Counted from the stretch's first letter, positions 41,147 to 55,141 are shown. The stretch is 64,000 nt of DNA from Eledone cirrhosa (GCA_964016885.1 OZ024764.1:10602001-10666000), one strand, 5' to 3'. Numbers and translations: made by a program. Notes: a model not told the origin generated them from the sequence alone.

Positions 41147-42873
41147 ATGGACGGAATTTTCACATCTCATCCTAACGTGAAAGCCACGCCCCCTAAGAAA
41201 GGTGATACAGAGAAGCTAGAAGCACAAGGCTCTAAGTCTTCCCTCCTGACTTCTGCAAAAGAAACATGGAACACGGAATTAAAAGAAAAATTTGTAAAAA
41301 TGGGTGAAAACCCAGAAAGTCACATAAACGCAGACAAAAACAACAACGACAATAACAGCAATAGTCACAACACCAACCAAGGAAAAAATAACGATAACAC
41401 CAAACAAAGCGAACCCACTACTGGTGCCTCCTTTGCACAGGCGGTCCGGAAAACACAAACCTGCAAGCAACTGGACATTACAACTCTGAGAGAAAAGATG
41501 AAGGAAGCGAAACAGTATGTAACTTTCAAAGAAGGAGGAGACTTCACAATCACCTCCCCACAAGAAATCAAAAGAGACACGACGCTAAGAACGATATCTT
41601 TCAGAACAATTTCCAACATAACAAGGAAACCAACTCAATTATCCCAAAAAGAGATTGAGCTGGTCCTAAAAAATGTGTGGAGTGATATATCGTTCATACA
41701 AAAAGGGCCACTCTATGGGAATATAACGGTCCTAATGAAGGATCAATTGACGGCCAGGAAATACTCTGTGGCACCAATTGTTTCCAAGCTACATACATTT
41801 TTCCCCACATATTTAGGGAAAAGAACGCAGAAGATAAGGGTCTCCGGAATCCGGCCAAATGCATGCATTTCCTGGGTACTAACAGGATTTTTAGAAGACG
41901 AGGACGGAATCCTCTCAGTAGGAGAAGTCACCACAGACGTTTTCGGCGGTTTGAGCGTGGAGGTTCTGGTCCAAATGAGACCAGAACGAATAGCTAGAAT
42001 ACCACAGAGGGTGTCCCTCGATGGAGAAACATTTATATATATTTCAGCCGAGGGTAGGAGGCCCATATGTTACTACTGTTCAAGCAGGGGTCATCTAAGG
42101 GCTGCTTGTCCTCAATTGACAAAAAAAAGGCTCTTTTGCCTACACCCCACACACCACCACCGCCACCACCACCACCACCTCCACCACAACAACAACAAAA
42201 ACAACAGGGAAAAATAACACAAGACACGGCCCCACCCAAAACAACTCCCAAAACACACACAAATACAACAAAACCCCAAAATACACCACTACCCGACAGC
42301 ACGGACGAGGACCCAGCGGAAACGGCACCTAGTGACGAAGAGGGGGAACCCTTCCAACCTGTAAAAAGGAAAAAAAGAAAGCACCACTCGAACATAAACG
42401 AAACAAACACACAACCACCAACAAAAACAAAACAAACAGAACAAACAAAATCCGCCCCACCCCAAAACATAACACATACAACAAAACGTAAGCACACACA
42501 AGAACAACAAACAAACACAACACAAATAAAACAGTATACATACATTAACACAAATAACAAAGAACTAGTAAAAACAATACACAAAGACCCTTTGGTGGAA
42601 ACTGAAGGGCAATTCTTTGCAAGCGCGGCCAACAAACCGCATTTAAAAATGATAAGACTCCCAATGGACACCTATGCAAAACTAAGAGAGAACTTTCCTG
42701 AGGACGTGGGGAAAACATGTACTCGACCCTATAACCGCGTCCTCTTGAAACGTTTCCCCACCCACACCTCACCAAACACCCCCACTCCACCACAGAACAA
42801 CACCCCACCAAACAACCCCTCCAATACGCCCATGGATATTGTGCAACCTGCTCCTCAGGAGCCGAACAGGTAG
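41147..42873 (+). CDS. LINE ORF1 (CCHC zinc knuckle); one frameshift at the A8 run 42121-42128
   Basis: SFAQAV motif, GRRPICYYCSSRGHLRAACP, low-complexity C-terminus in the next frame. Confidence 0.85.
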
Positions 42874-42894
42874 GTCCTTCCTCTTTTAACCAAC

Positions 42895-45800
42895 ATGGCT
42901 GATATAAGAGTTGGGTGTCTGAATGTACGTGGCCTGGGACTGTCTTGGAAACAAGGCAAACTTTTAAACGATCTCAGGTCGCATAGAATGGATGTAATGG
43001 CTATTTGCGAGTCCAGGATCAGCAGCGAGCACCAACTGGCGCCCCTCTTCGACGACTTTGAGATCTTCGCATCTCTCTGTCAACCGGGGGGTGGGGGGTG
43101 GGGGTGGAGTTGTCGTTCTGCTGCGAAAACACCTGGGCCTCGCCATACAGAAGGTACACCTGGACCCGGAGGGTCGACTGGTGGTTTTAGACGTCGGCAG
43201 TAGTGAAAGTGGAGCCCTTAGACTAATAGCTGTGTACGCCCCTTTTTGGGCAGCGCGGCCGGAATACTTCCAACGTCTGGAAACTTTTCTGGGAACGTCC
43301 CGCTCCTTGCTTTTAGTGGGGGACTGGAATGGTATCCTGGATGCACGTTGGGACTATGTAGGGGCATGTGCCAATAGAGGGGGGTGTAAAAGCCTCAAAA
43401 GGTTAATCGGCCGATTTGACCTGGCCGATAGATATCGACTAGATTTTCCGACTGTACCACTATGGACGTGGACCAATCGCAGTGGAACATCTAGGTCGTA
43501 CCTAGATAGGGTCCTAGTTAGAGAGAACGATAGGGACACATTTAGCTGTCCAAAAATGTTCATGGTTGACTATTCGGATCACAAGTTAGTGACCTGCATA
43601 GCCAACCTTGATAGAACCCATAGACAGGGACCCGGTTACTGGAAGCTGAACTTGTCCTTACCGAGAAGCAAAGCTTACAGTAAACGGATTAGCACGTTAG
43701 TTAAGCAGAGTTTGACAGGGGCAATTGTCAACAACAGGTGGTGGAGCTCTCTTAAGAGAGCAATTAGAATAGAATCGATAGGTTTTAGTCAGGAATTAGC
43801 AAGGGATAGGAACAAGACGGAAAGGGAATTAGTAGATAGAGTAGAAGAGGCGATTAGGAGTGGCAATGTAGCCGGCGTGCTGGCATCAAGAATGGCCTTA
43901 GACCAGTTCTTTGAGGTGAAGCATGAAGGCTGCGTTGTCAGGAGTAAAATACGTGCTCTGGGTAATGAGGGAGCCAAAGCTGTGAGCTGGGCCCGAGTGA
44001 CAGAGGCAAAAAGTGGGAACAAGTCCACGATTCGGTCTTTGAAGGACCAGGATGGGCGTGTGATCCTTGAACCTGGGCAGATGTGTGCGGCCTTTCAGCG
44101 GCACTTTGCACGACTGTTCGAGAGGGGCGGCGCGCCGGGTGAGACTATGGATTTCAATCCATACCTCGACGGTCTGCCGCGCCTCTCGGACGCGGAGGCG
44201 AAGTCCTGCGAAAGGACGATTTCAGCTGCTGAGATAGGAGCGGCGCTGAGCCAATGCGGCAAACGCAAATCCCCGGGTCTCGATGGTCTACCATACGAGC
44301 TATATGTAGCGATGCCGGACTTGTTCTCCGATATCCTCGAAGCGGTCTACTGCAACTGGCAGCAGAACGGGAGAATTCCCAGTTCTGTGACCAAGGGCGT
44401 AGTTACGCTGGTGAGGAAGGATGAGAACAAGGGGGATGACATAAGTAACTTTAGGCCCATAACTCTGCTAAATACAGAGTTAAAGATTTTGGCCAAGGTG
44501 TTAGCGAAGAGGTTGGCGCTTGTCGTTGGAAACCTGGTGGGAGAAGCGCAGACATGCGCAATCCCGTCCAGGTCCATTCACGACAATCTCCACCTTATGC
44601 GATACATCATAGAGAGGGTAGGGAATGAACCCGGCTTTGGTGGGGCCCTGATCAACTTGGATCAATCTAAAGCTTTCGATAGGGTTGACCATCGTTACCT
44701 GGATGCGGTGCTCGCGGCGGCAGGCTTCGGACCCGTTTTCAGGGGTTGGATTGCTGCGATGCACAGCAGCAACGTCTGCTCAAGGGTCAAGGTGAACGGC
44801 CACCTCTCGGAGCCGTTCCAAATCATGCGATCCATCCGACAGGGATGCCCTCTCTCCTCCCTACTGTATGTGCTGGCTCTTGAGCCACTACTGCGGAAGT
44901 TGGAGCGGTTGCAGGGCATCCCTTTGGAACCGGGATTGCAGAAAGCGGCGTCGGCCTACGCCGATGACGTGACAGTAATGGTGTCGAAAACCTCGCAAAT
45001 CGGTGAGATCGGCACCTTACTGGAGGAATATGAAAGGTTTACAGGAGCCAAGCTGAACCGGGACAAGTCCGTCGGTTTGCAACTCGGAACATGGAGAGGC
45101 AAACCGATGCCCTCCAACGACGTCGTCGGACGCTGGACGGAGGGCCCGGTGAAGCTGCTTGGGGTCTGGTTCGGACCAGACCTCCAGGTGGAGAAAAACT
45201 GGAACGAGGTAACGGCCAGGGTGTTTGCACTCACCCAGAAGTGGGCCCAGTGCAAACTATCCCTGAAAGGTCGAGCGGAGGTGGCGAATACTTATATAGC
45301 ATCCGTCATCTACTACCGCTTGACCGTCGTGCCTTGCCCAGTGAAAAGACTCGCCAAAATGGAGTGCGCGCTGTTCCAATTTCTTTGGAACAAGCGGACC
45401 CCTTTGGTGAGGAGATCCATCTGCTGTCAACACCCTTCGAAAGGAGGGCTGGGGATGCCGTGGCTACAGATGCGTAAACACGCATTAAGGCTACGGCACC
45501 TCCAGGTATTCCTCACCGGTCAACCGGTGTGGGCCCCGTTTGTGAGGCGAGCCTTTCCCAGACTCGTCTCGCTCACCGAGCTGCAATCCTGGGTCAAGCA
45601 AAGACCGAGAAAAGTGGGCGACTGGCACATTGAATGTGCCCAGGCGCTCACGGCCCTCTGGAAAGCGGACCCGGCAATCAGTGGAGACTCCACGTCGACA
45701 TTCTATAGAGGGTTGGTACGCAGCAGGTGCGACGATGCTCTCGGAGAAGCTCTAGGCATGGAGGAAGATGAACTGGCCAGTCTGTTCGGTAGGACGTTTG

Positions 45801-46339
45801 GCCCTGGACCGATGGACAACTTCCAAAAGTCCCTGGCTTGGCAGTGCTACCGAGGGGCTCTACCCGTTCGAGACAAGCTCCACAGGCATGGGAGCCTGGG
45901 TAGAGATCCTTTGAATAAGATCTGTCCGAGATGCGTGCATGATGACGAAACCGTTGCGCACGCATTCGTACACTGCCCAGGCATTGCTGACCTGTGGGGC
46001 TATGTGGAACGACTACTGTCGAGGGTGGGACCAATCCGGTTGACCACCGAGTCCATTGTCACGATCAAACCGCCTCCCCCTTTCAAAAACGAAGGAGAGG
46101 CGGTTTTTCTCTGTGTGGTAGCCATGGCTAAAGAAGTTGTATGGTGGACGAGGCTGAAAGGGCTGAGGTCAGACACCTTTCTCTCCGGCCAACAACTGGT
46201 CCCCTTTTTCAAATACCATTTTAAAAGAAGGATCAGAATGGAGAGAGAGGTGCTCTACCCCAGCAAGTTTTATGAAAGGTGGGTGAAAGTAGGGAGAATG
46301 GCCAGAGTGAATGGGTCTTCTCTCTATATCAGCCTGTAG
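42895..46339 (+). CDS. LINE ORF2 (APE endonuclease, reverse transcriptase, C-terminal zinc-binding motif); one frameshift in the G-rich run near 43086-43105
   Basis: LNVRGL, VYAP, GDWN, YLDR, SDH, KSPGLDG, FRPITLLN, DQSKAFD, RQGCPLS, YADD, CPRC..ETVAHAF..C. Confidence 0.96.
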
Positions 46340-47344
46340 GTGAAAGAAGAGGAAAAAGAGGAGACGAGGGAAGCACCTACTCTTTGTGCTCCTGAGGAGA
46401 AGGGTTACACATTTTTTCCGGGGTGTGTGCGACCCATGTTAATGCCCCCTCCCTATTGAGGACTTCGTTTGTTGTTGTTATTTCATTGTTATATTTTTGT
46501 ACTCGTTAATTATATGTAAACTTCCCCCCTTGTATCTGTCCCTACCTTTTGTGCCCTAGTGGCAAATAAAGAAACCACTCTATATATACTATTACATTTT
46601 CACAGTAAAGGCTTTACCTCACATAATATCTCACATAACATTTACATTACTCTATATATACTATTGTATTGTCACAGTAAAGGCTTTACCTCACATAATA
46701 TCTCACATAACATTTACATTACTCTATATATACTATTGTATTTTCACAGTAAAGGCTTTACCTCACATATCTCACATAACATTTACATTACTCTATATAT
46801 ACTATTGTATTTTCACAGTAAAGGCTTTACTTCACATAATATCTCACATAACATTTACATTACTCTATATATACTATTGTATATTCACAGTAAAGGCTTT
46901 ACCTCACATAATATCTCACATAGCATTTACATTACTCTATATATACTATTGTATTTTCACAGTAAAGGCTTTACCTCACATAATATTTCACATAACATTT
47001 ATATTACTCTATATATACTATTGTATTTTCACAGTAAAGGCTTTACCTCACATAATATCTCACAACATTTACATTACTCTATATATACTATTGTATTTTC
47101 ACAGTAAAGGGTTTACCTCACATAATATCTCGCATAACATTTACATTACTCTATATATACTATTGTATTTTCACAGTAAAGGCTTTACCTCACATAATAT
47201 CTCACATAACATTTATATTACTCTATATATACTATTGTATTTTCACAGTAAAGGCTTTACCTCACATAATATCAAATCTATGAGATTTTGATATTATTTG
47301 TTTTGAGAATAATACCTTAACATCAGTATGAGCAGCCAGTTATG

Positions 47345-48720
47345 GCCAGTTTGAACAGAAAGAGGTGAGAGAATTCTGGCCAGATATGGCCAGTTTGAAC
47401 AGAAAGGGGTGAGAGAATTCTGGCCAGATATGGCCAGTTTGAACAGAAAGAGGTGAGAGAATTCTGGCCAGACATGGTCAGTTTGAACAGAAAGAGGTGA
47501 GAGGATTCTGGCCAGATATGGTCAGTTTGAACAGAAAGAGGTGAGAGAATTCTGGCCAGATATGGTCAGTTTGAACAGAAAGAGGTGAGAGAATTCTGGC
47601 CAGATATGGTCAGTTTGAACAGAAAGAGGTGAGAGAATTCTGGCCAGATATGGCCAGTTTGAATAGAAAGAGGTGAGAGAATTCTGGCCAGATATGGCCA
47701 GTTTGAATAGAAAGAGGAGAGAGAATTCTGGCCAGATATGGCTGGTTTGAACAGAAAGAGGTGAGAGAATTCTGGCCAGATATGGCCAGTTTAAACAGAA
47801 AGAGGTGAGAGAATTCTGGCCAGATATGGCCAGTTTGAATAGAAAGAGGAGAGAGAATTCTGGCCAGATATGGCTGGTTTGAACAGAAAGAGGTGAGAGA
47901 ATTCTGGCCAGATATGGCCAGTTTAAACAGAAAGAGGTGAGAGAATTCTGACCAGATATGGCTGGTTTGAACAGAAAGAGGTGAGAGAATTCTGGCTGGA
48001 TATGGTCAGTTTAAACAGAAAGAGGTGAGAGAATTCTGACCAGATATGGCTGGTTTAAACAGAAAGAGGTGAGAGAATTCTGGCCAGATATGGCTGGTTT
48101 GAACAGAAAGAGGTGAGAGAATTCTGACCAGATATGGTCAGTTTGAACAGAAAGAGGTGAGAGAATTCTGGCCAGATATGGCCAGTTTGAATAGAAAGAG
48201 GAGAGAGAATTCTGGCCAGATATGGCCAGTTTGAACAGAAAGAGGTGAGAGAATTCTGGCCAGATATGGTCAGTTTGAACAGAAAGAGGTGAGAGAATTC
48301 TGGCCAGATATGGTCAGTTTGAACAGAAAGAGGTGAGAGAATTCTGGCCAGATATGGTCAGTTTGAACAGAAAGAGGTGAGAGAATTCTGGCTAGATATG
48401 GCCAGTTTGAACAGAAAGAGGTGAGAGAATTCTGGCCAGATATGGTCAGTTTGAACAGAAAGAGGTGAGAGAATTCTGGCCAGATATGGTCAGTTTGAAC
48501 AGAAAGAGGTGAGAGAATTCTGGCCAGATATGGCCAGTTTGAATAGAAAGAGGAGAGAGAATTCTGGCCAGATATGGCTGGCTTGAACAGAAAGAGGTGA
48601 GGGAATTCTGGCTGGATATGGCCAGTTTAAACAGAAAGAGGTGAGAGAATTCTGGCTGGATATGGCCAGTTTAAACAGAAAGAGGTGAGAGAATTCTGGC
48701 CAGATATGGCTGGTTTAAAT
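47345..48720. repeat. 44-bp satellite, about 31 copies
   Basis: Unit gaacagaaagaggtgagagaattctggccagatatggccagttt. Confidence 0.95.
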
Positions 48721-48964
48721 TCTAAAATGTTAACAGATTTATTGTAAGAATTTTTTCCATTCTACATTTTGCTAAGTGTTTGGAATTTCATGTATAATTC
48801 TTTGGTAAAGCTTAGCTGTGTGAACTGGGTCATTGGTATATGTTGGTGGTGGTGGTGTTGTGGGGGGGGGGGGGTTCTAGGTGTTGTGTGAGTGGGTGGT
48901 GTTGTGAGGGTGGTGTTGTGGGGTGGGGGTGGGGGTGTTGTTGCTCTGCCTGATGTCATAGTTC

Positions 48965-49306
48965 ATGTTGTGGTGGTTGTAGTAGTTGTAGTAGTAGTTG
49001 TTGTTGTTACTGTTGTTGTTGTTGGGGTTGTAGTAGTAGTTGCTGTTGTTGTTGTAGTATTAGTAGCAGCAGCAGTAGTAGTAGTAACAGCAGTAGTAGC
49101 AGCAGCAGCAGCAGTAGTAGTAGCAGCAGTAGCAGTAGCAGCAGCAGTAGTAGCAGTAGCAGTAGCAGCAGCAGCACTAGTAGTAGTAGTTACTGTTGCT
49201 GTTGTAGTAGTAGTAGTAGCAGCAATAGTAGTAGTAGTAGTAGCAGCAGCAGCAGTAGCAGCAGCAGTAGCAGCAGCAGTAGTAGTAGCAGTAGTAGTAG
49301 TAGTTG
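48965..49306. repeat. (GTT/GTA/GCA)n trinucleotide microsatellite
   Basis: Directly visible. Confidence 0.9.
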
Positions 49307-49374
49307 TTTTTTTTCCTTTTCAACCGAGAGAGATAGTTGTTATCTATTGCATGGAAATAAGACCAGATAAATCT

Positions 49375-50085
49375 GAATAAAATAAAGTACCAGTAATACA
49401 CTGGGGTAATTGCTGGCCTTGTGCCAAAAGTAGAAACAATTATTTGTACTGTTAAGGGCGGTGGATTGGCAGTCAGTATCGGTAGAGGGTCGGACGCCAT
49501 GCTTTGACGCATCGAGTTACGGCCCTTGCCATTCTAAGTTCAAATCCTGCCGAGGTTAACTTTGCCTTTCATCCTTACGGGGTCGATAAAATAAAGTACC
49601 AGTAATACACTGGGGTAATTGCTGGCCTTGTGCCAAAAGTAGAAACAATTGTTACAAGGTTGATAAAATAAAGTACCAGTAATGTACTGAGGTCGACTTA
49701 ATTGACATTCCCCTGCCCTCCAAAGCAAAAAAATTTCAGGCCTTGTCCCTATAGTAGAAACAATTATTAGCTGAGGTTAACTTTGCTTTTCATCCTTACG
49801 GGGTCGATAAAATAAAGTACCAGTAATACTCTGAGGTCGATTTAATCGACTTTACCCTCCCCCCCAAATTACTGGCCTTGTGCCTATACTAGAAATCATA
49901 ATTGTTTCTACTTTAGGCACAAGGCCAGCAATTACTCCAGTGCGTTACTGGTACTTTATTTTATCGACCCCGTAAAGATGAAAGGCAAAGTCAACCTCGG
50001 CGGGATTTGAACTCAGATCGTAAAGGGCCGTAACTATGCTGGAAAGCATGGCGTACAACCCTCTACTGATACTACCAATCCAATG
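49375..50085. mobile_element. Cluster of CORE-type SINE copies and fragments (4 plus, 1 minus)
   Basis: Repeated gataaaataaagtaccag and ggccttgtgcc blocks; full copies at about 49455-49650 (+) and 49900-50083 (-). Confidence 0.8.
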
Positions 50086-50174
50086 GCCGCTTTTTCTATA
50101 CTAGAAATCATAATGTCTACTGTTATTGTCAGCTCCAGTTTATATAGTAAATATAGAGGCTGGTTGACTGGGTG

Positions 50175-50908
50175 ATTAGTTGGGGTAGGTTGGTTGATGG
50201 AGGGCTTTCTGCCACCCCTTTCTTGGTTAGTTGGGGTGGGTTTGTTGGTTAATGGAGAGCTTTCTGGCCACCCCTTTCTTGGTTAGTTGGGGTGGGTTTG
50301 TTGGTTAATGGAGGGCTTTCTGGCCACCCCGTTCTTGGTTAGTTGGGGTGGGTTTGTTGGTTAATGGAGGGCTTTCTGGCCACCCCTTTCTTGGTTAGTT
50401 GGGGTGGGTTTGTTGGTTAATGGAGGGCTTTCTGGCCACCCCTTTCTTGGTTAGTTGGGGTGGGTTTGTTGGTTAATGGAGGGCTTTCTGGCGACCCCTT
50501 TCTTGGTTAGTTGGGGTGGGTTTGTTGGTTAATGGAGGGCTTTCTGGCCACCCCTTTCTTGGTTAGTTGGGGTGGGTTTGTTGGTTAATGGAGGGCTTTC
50601 TGGCGACCCCGTTCTTGGTTAGTTGGGGTGGGTTTGTTGGTTAATGGAGGGCTTTCTGGCCACCCCTTTCTTGGTTAGTTGGGGTGGGTTTGTTGGTTAA
50701 TGGAGGGCTTTCTGGCCACCCCTTTCTTGGTTAGTTGGGGTGGGTTTGTTGGTTAATGGGGGGCTTTCTGGCCACCCCGTTCTTGGTTAGTTGGGGTGGG
50801 TTTGTTGGTTAATGGAGGGCTTTCTGGCCACCCCGTTCTTGGTTAGTTGGGGTGGGTTTGTTGGTTAATGGAGGGCTTTCTGGCCACCCCGTTCTTGGTT
50901 AGTTGGGG
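50175..50908. repeat. 56-bp G-rich satellite, about 13 copies
   Basis: Unit ggttagttggggtgggtttgttggttaatggagggctttctggccacccctttctt. Confidence 0.95.
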
Positions 50909-53177
50909 TAGTGAGGACATGACATGAGGTGGTGTAGTGTGGTAGTGAGGACATGACTTGGGCTAGCAAGCACATGTGGTGTAGTGTGGTAGTGGTAACA
51001 TGTTTTGTGGGTGGGCTGGTTGTAGTGTAGTGTAATAGTGAGGACATGACATGCGGTAGTGAGAATATGTGGTGGCAAGCACATGTGGTGTAGTGTGGTA
51101 GTGAGGACATGTGGTGGTGGAGTGTGGTCGTGAGGACATGTGGTTGTGTAGTGTGGTAGCGAGGACATGACATGTGGTAGTGAGAATATGTGGTGGCAAT
51201 CACATGTGGTGTATTGTGGTAGTGAGGACATGCGGTGGTGTAGTGTGGTCGTGAGGACATGAGGTGGTGTAGTGTGGACATGTGGCAGTGTAGTGTAGTG
51301 TGGTAGCAAGGACATTACATGTGGTGGTGGTGTAGTGTGGTAGCAAGGACATGCCATGTGGTAGTGAGGATGTGGTGGTGTAGTGTGGTAGTGTGGTAGT
51401 GAGGACATGACATGTGGTAGTGAGGACGTGGTGGTGGTGTAGTGTGGTAGTGTGGACGTGGTGGTGGTGAAGTGTGGTAGTGAGGACATGTGGCAGTGTA
51501 GTGTGGTAGCAAGGACATGACATGTGGTAGTGAGAATATGTGGTGTAGTGTGGTAGTGTGGACATCTGGTGGTGTGGTAGTGAGGACATGTGGTGGTGGT
51601 GTAGTGTGGTAGTGAGGACATGTGGCGGTGTAGTGTGGTAGTGAGGACATGACATGTGGTATTGAGAATATGTGGTGTAGTGTGGTAGTGAGGACATGAC
51701 ATGTGGTAGTGAGAATATCTGATGTAGTGTGGTAGTGAGGTCATGTGGCAGTGTGGTGTAGTGTGGTAGTGAGGACATGACATGTGGTAGTGAGGTCATG
51801 TGGCAGTGTGGTGTAGTGTGGTAGTGAGGACATGACATGTGGTAGTGAGAATATGTTGTGTAGTGTGGTAGTGAGCACATGACATGTGGTAGTGAGGTCA
51901 TGTGGCAGTGTGGTGTAGTGTGGTAGTGAGCACATGACATGTGGTAGTGAGGTCATGTGGCAGTGTGGTGTAGTGTGGTAGTGAGGACATGACATGTGGT
52001 AGTGAGGTCATGTGGCAGTGTGGTGTAGTGTGGTAGTGAGGACATGACATGTGGTAGTGAGAATATGTTGTGTAGTGTGGTAGTGAGCACATGACATGTG
52101 GTAGTGAGGTCATGTGGCAGTGTGGTGTAGTGTGGTAGTGAGCACATGACACGTGGTAGTGAGGTCATGTGGCAGTGTGGTGTAGTGTGGTAGTGAGGAC
52201 ATGACATGTGGTAGTGAGGTCATGTGGCAGTGTGGTGTAGTGTGGTAGTGAGCACATGACATGTGGTAGTGAGAATATCTGGTGTAGTGTGGTAGTGAGG
52301 ACATGTGGTGGTGTGGTGTAGTGTGGTAGTGAGAACATGACATGTGGTAGTGAGAATATGTGGTGTAGTGTGGTAGTGAGGACATGACATGTGGTAGTGA
52401 GAATATCTGGTGTAGTGTGGTAGTGAGGTCATGTGGCAGTGTGGTGTAGTGTGGTAGTGAGGACATGACATGTGGTAGTGAGGTCATGTGGCAGTGTGGT
52501 GTAGTGTGGTAGTGAGAATATCTGGTGTAGTGTGGTAGTGAGGACATGTGGCGGTGTGGTGTAGTGTGGTAGTGAGGACATGACATGTGGTAGTAAGAAT
52601 ATGTGGTGTAGTGTGGTAGTGAGGACATGACATGTGGTAGTGAGAATATGTGGTGTAGTGTGGTAGTGAGGACATGTGGTGGTGGTGTAGTGTGGTAGTG
52701 AGGACATGTGGTGGTGTGGTGTAGTGTGGTAGTGAGGACATGACATGTGGTAGTGAGAATATGTGGTGTAGTGTGGTAGTGAGGACATGTGGCGGTGTGG
52801 TGTAGTGTGGTAGTGAGGACATGACATGTGGTAGTGAGAATATGTGGTGTAGTGTGGTAGTGAGGACATGTGGCGGTGTGGTGTAGTGTGGTAGTGAGGA
52901 CATGACATGTGGTAGTGAGAATATGTGGTGTAGTGTGGTAGTGAGGACATGTGGCGGTGTGGTGTAGTGTGGTAGTGAGGACATGACATGTGGTAGTGAG
53001 AATATGTGGTGTAGTGTGGTAGTGAGGACATGTGGCGGTGTGGTGTAGTGTGGTAGTGAGGACATGACATGTGGTAGTGAGAATATGTGGTGTAGTGTGG
53101 TAGTGAGAACATGTGGTGGTGTGGTGTAGTGTGGTAGTGAGGTCATGTGGTGGTGTGGTGTAGTGTGGTAGTGAGGA
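50908..53177. repeat. Modular GTGGTAGTGAG minisatellite, resolving into an 81-bp higher-order unit distally
   Basis: 21-, 26- and 34-bp modules share gtggtagtgag; a regular 21+26+34 order holds from about 52730. Confidence 0.9.
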
Positions 53178-53319
53178 GTAGGTCAAGTGAACACAGACAG
53201 ACTACTATTTGCTTTGATTATTTAAATTCAAGTTTGTTTTCCCACAGATTTACAGTTAGAAATGTCTGTTTTTCTTTTCTTATGGTTTTTTTTTTGTCAT
53301 CTTTTTAACTCCTTATCTG

Positions 53320-53830
53320 AAATCTCAAATAAAGTTTATTTATTTATTTATTTATTTATTGCTAGGGGTGGGGATGGGGCGGGCGATTGTTGTGTGTGTG
53401 TGTGTGTGTGTGTGTTAGTGTGTGTGTGAGTGTGTGTGTGAGTGTTAGGGTTGTGGTGGGGGAGTGTTGTAATGTAAATTATTGTACATCTGATTGGTGG
53501 AATAAATTAAAATGAAAACATTATTAGGTCATCAAGTATGAAATTTGTAGAAAAAAAACAAAATCTCAAATAAAGTTTATTTATTTATTTATTGCTAGGG
53601 GTGGGGATGGGGCGGGCGATTGTTGTGTGTGTGTGTGTGTGTGTGTTAGTGTGTGTGTGAGTGTGTGTGTGAGTGTTAGGGTTGTGGTGGGGGAGTGTTG
53701 TAATGTAAATTATTGTACATCTGATTGGTGGAATAAATTAAAATGAAAATATTATTAGGTCATCAAGTATGAAATTTGTAGATAAAAAAAACAAATTTCT
53801 ACAAATTTCATACTTGACGACCTAATAATA
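53320..53830. repeat. About 240-bp tandem duplication followed by a short inverted copy of its end
   Basis: aaatctcaaataaagtttatt...gaaatttgtag occurs twice, then ctacaaatttcatacttgacgacctaataat. Confidence 0.85.
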
Positions 53831-53960
53831 TCATCATCATCATCCTCATCATTATCATTATCATCATCATTATTATTGCTATCATCAAGGGCGGTGGTTT
53901 GGCAGTATCGGTAGAGCGTCAGATACCGTGCTATGCTTCTTTTTCATGTAGGAGGTCAGC

Positions 53961-55141
53961 TTAACCCTTTAATGTTCAAACCGGCCAAAACCGGTCTGAA
54001 GTCTCTACCATTTTCTGTTGAAACTGGCTGTAACTGGTTAGTCAAACTGATGTTAAGGTATTGTTCTCAAAATAAATACTTTCAAAATCTCATAGCTTCG
54101 ATATATAGAGTAATGTAAATGTTATGTGAGATATTATGTGAGGTAAAGCCTTTACTGTGACAATACAATAGTATATATAGAGTAATGTAAATGTTATGTG
54201 AGATATTATGTGAGGTAAAGCCTTTACTGTGAAAATACAATAGTATATATAGAGTAATGTAAATGTTATGTGAGATATTATGTGAGGTAAAGCCTTTACT
54301 GTGAAAATACAATAGTATATATAGAGTAATGTAAATGTTATGTGAGATATTATGTGAGGTAAAGCCTTTACTGTGAAAATACAATAGTATATATAGAGTA
54401 ATGTAAATGTTATGTGAGATATTATGTGAGGTAAAGCCTTTACTGTGAAAATACAATAGTATATATAGAGTAATGTAAATGTTATGTGAGGTATTATGTG
54501 AGGTAAAGTCTTTACTGTGAAAATACAATAGTATATATAGAGTAATGTAAATGTTATGTGAGATATTATGTGAGATAAAGCCTTTACTGTGACAATACAA
54601 TAGTATATATAGAGTAATGTAAATGTTATGTGAGATATTATGTGAGGTAAAGCCTTTACTGTGAAAATACAATAGTATATATAGAGTAATGTAAATGTTA
54701 TGTGAGATATTATGTGAGGTAAAGCCTTTACTGTGACAATACAATAGTATATATAGAGTAATGTAAATGTTATGTGAGATAGTATGTGAGGTAAAGCCTT
54801 TACTGTGATAATACAATAGTATATATAGAGTAATGTAAATGTTATGTGAGATATTATGTGAGGTAAAGCCTTTACTGTGAAAATACAATAGTATATATAG
54901 AGTAATGTAAATGTTATGTGAGATATTATGTGAGGTAAAGCCTTTACTGTGACAATACAATAGTATATATAGAGTAATGTAAATGTTATGCGAGATATTA
55001 TGTGAGGTAAAGCCTTTACTGTGAAAATACAATAGTATATATAGAGTAATATAAATGTTATGTGAGATATTATGTGAGGTAAAGCCTTTGCTGTGAAAAT
55101 ACAATAGTATAAATAGAGTAATGTAAATGCTAAAGGGTTAA
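53961..55141. mobile_element. TTAA MITE copy 3 (piggyBac-like ends) with about 14 units of the 72-bp satellite
   Basis: TTAA-CCCTTTA...TAAAGGG-TTAA. Confidence 0.85.

Larger units (their letters stand above)
40936..46576 (+). mobile_element. Full-length L1/Tx1-clade non-LTR retrotransposon
   Basis: 5' UTR, ORF1, ORF2 and 3' UTR with aataaa; inserted inside the 72-bp satellite. Confidence 0.95.
40776..48733. mobile_element. TTAA MITE copy 2 with degenerate TIRs, containing the 72-bp satellite, an inserted LINE and a 44-bp satellite
   Basis: TTAAcaactttagtattt...aaattctaaaatgTTAA; the internal linker 47275-47345 is the reverse complement of that in the other copies. Confidence 0.65.

Noticed and set aside
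50865-53186. His/Thr-rich repeat ORFs
   Set aside because: Open in several frames with frequent shifts and no splice or start context; minisatellite artefact.
54082-55104. 340-aa HNISHNIY repeat ORF
   Set aside because: The 72-bp unit is a multiple of 3 by chance; other copies of the array have frame-breaking indels.
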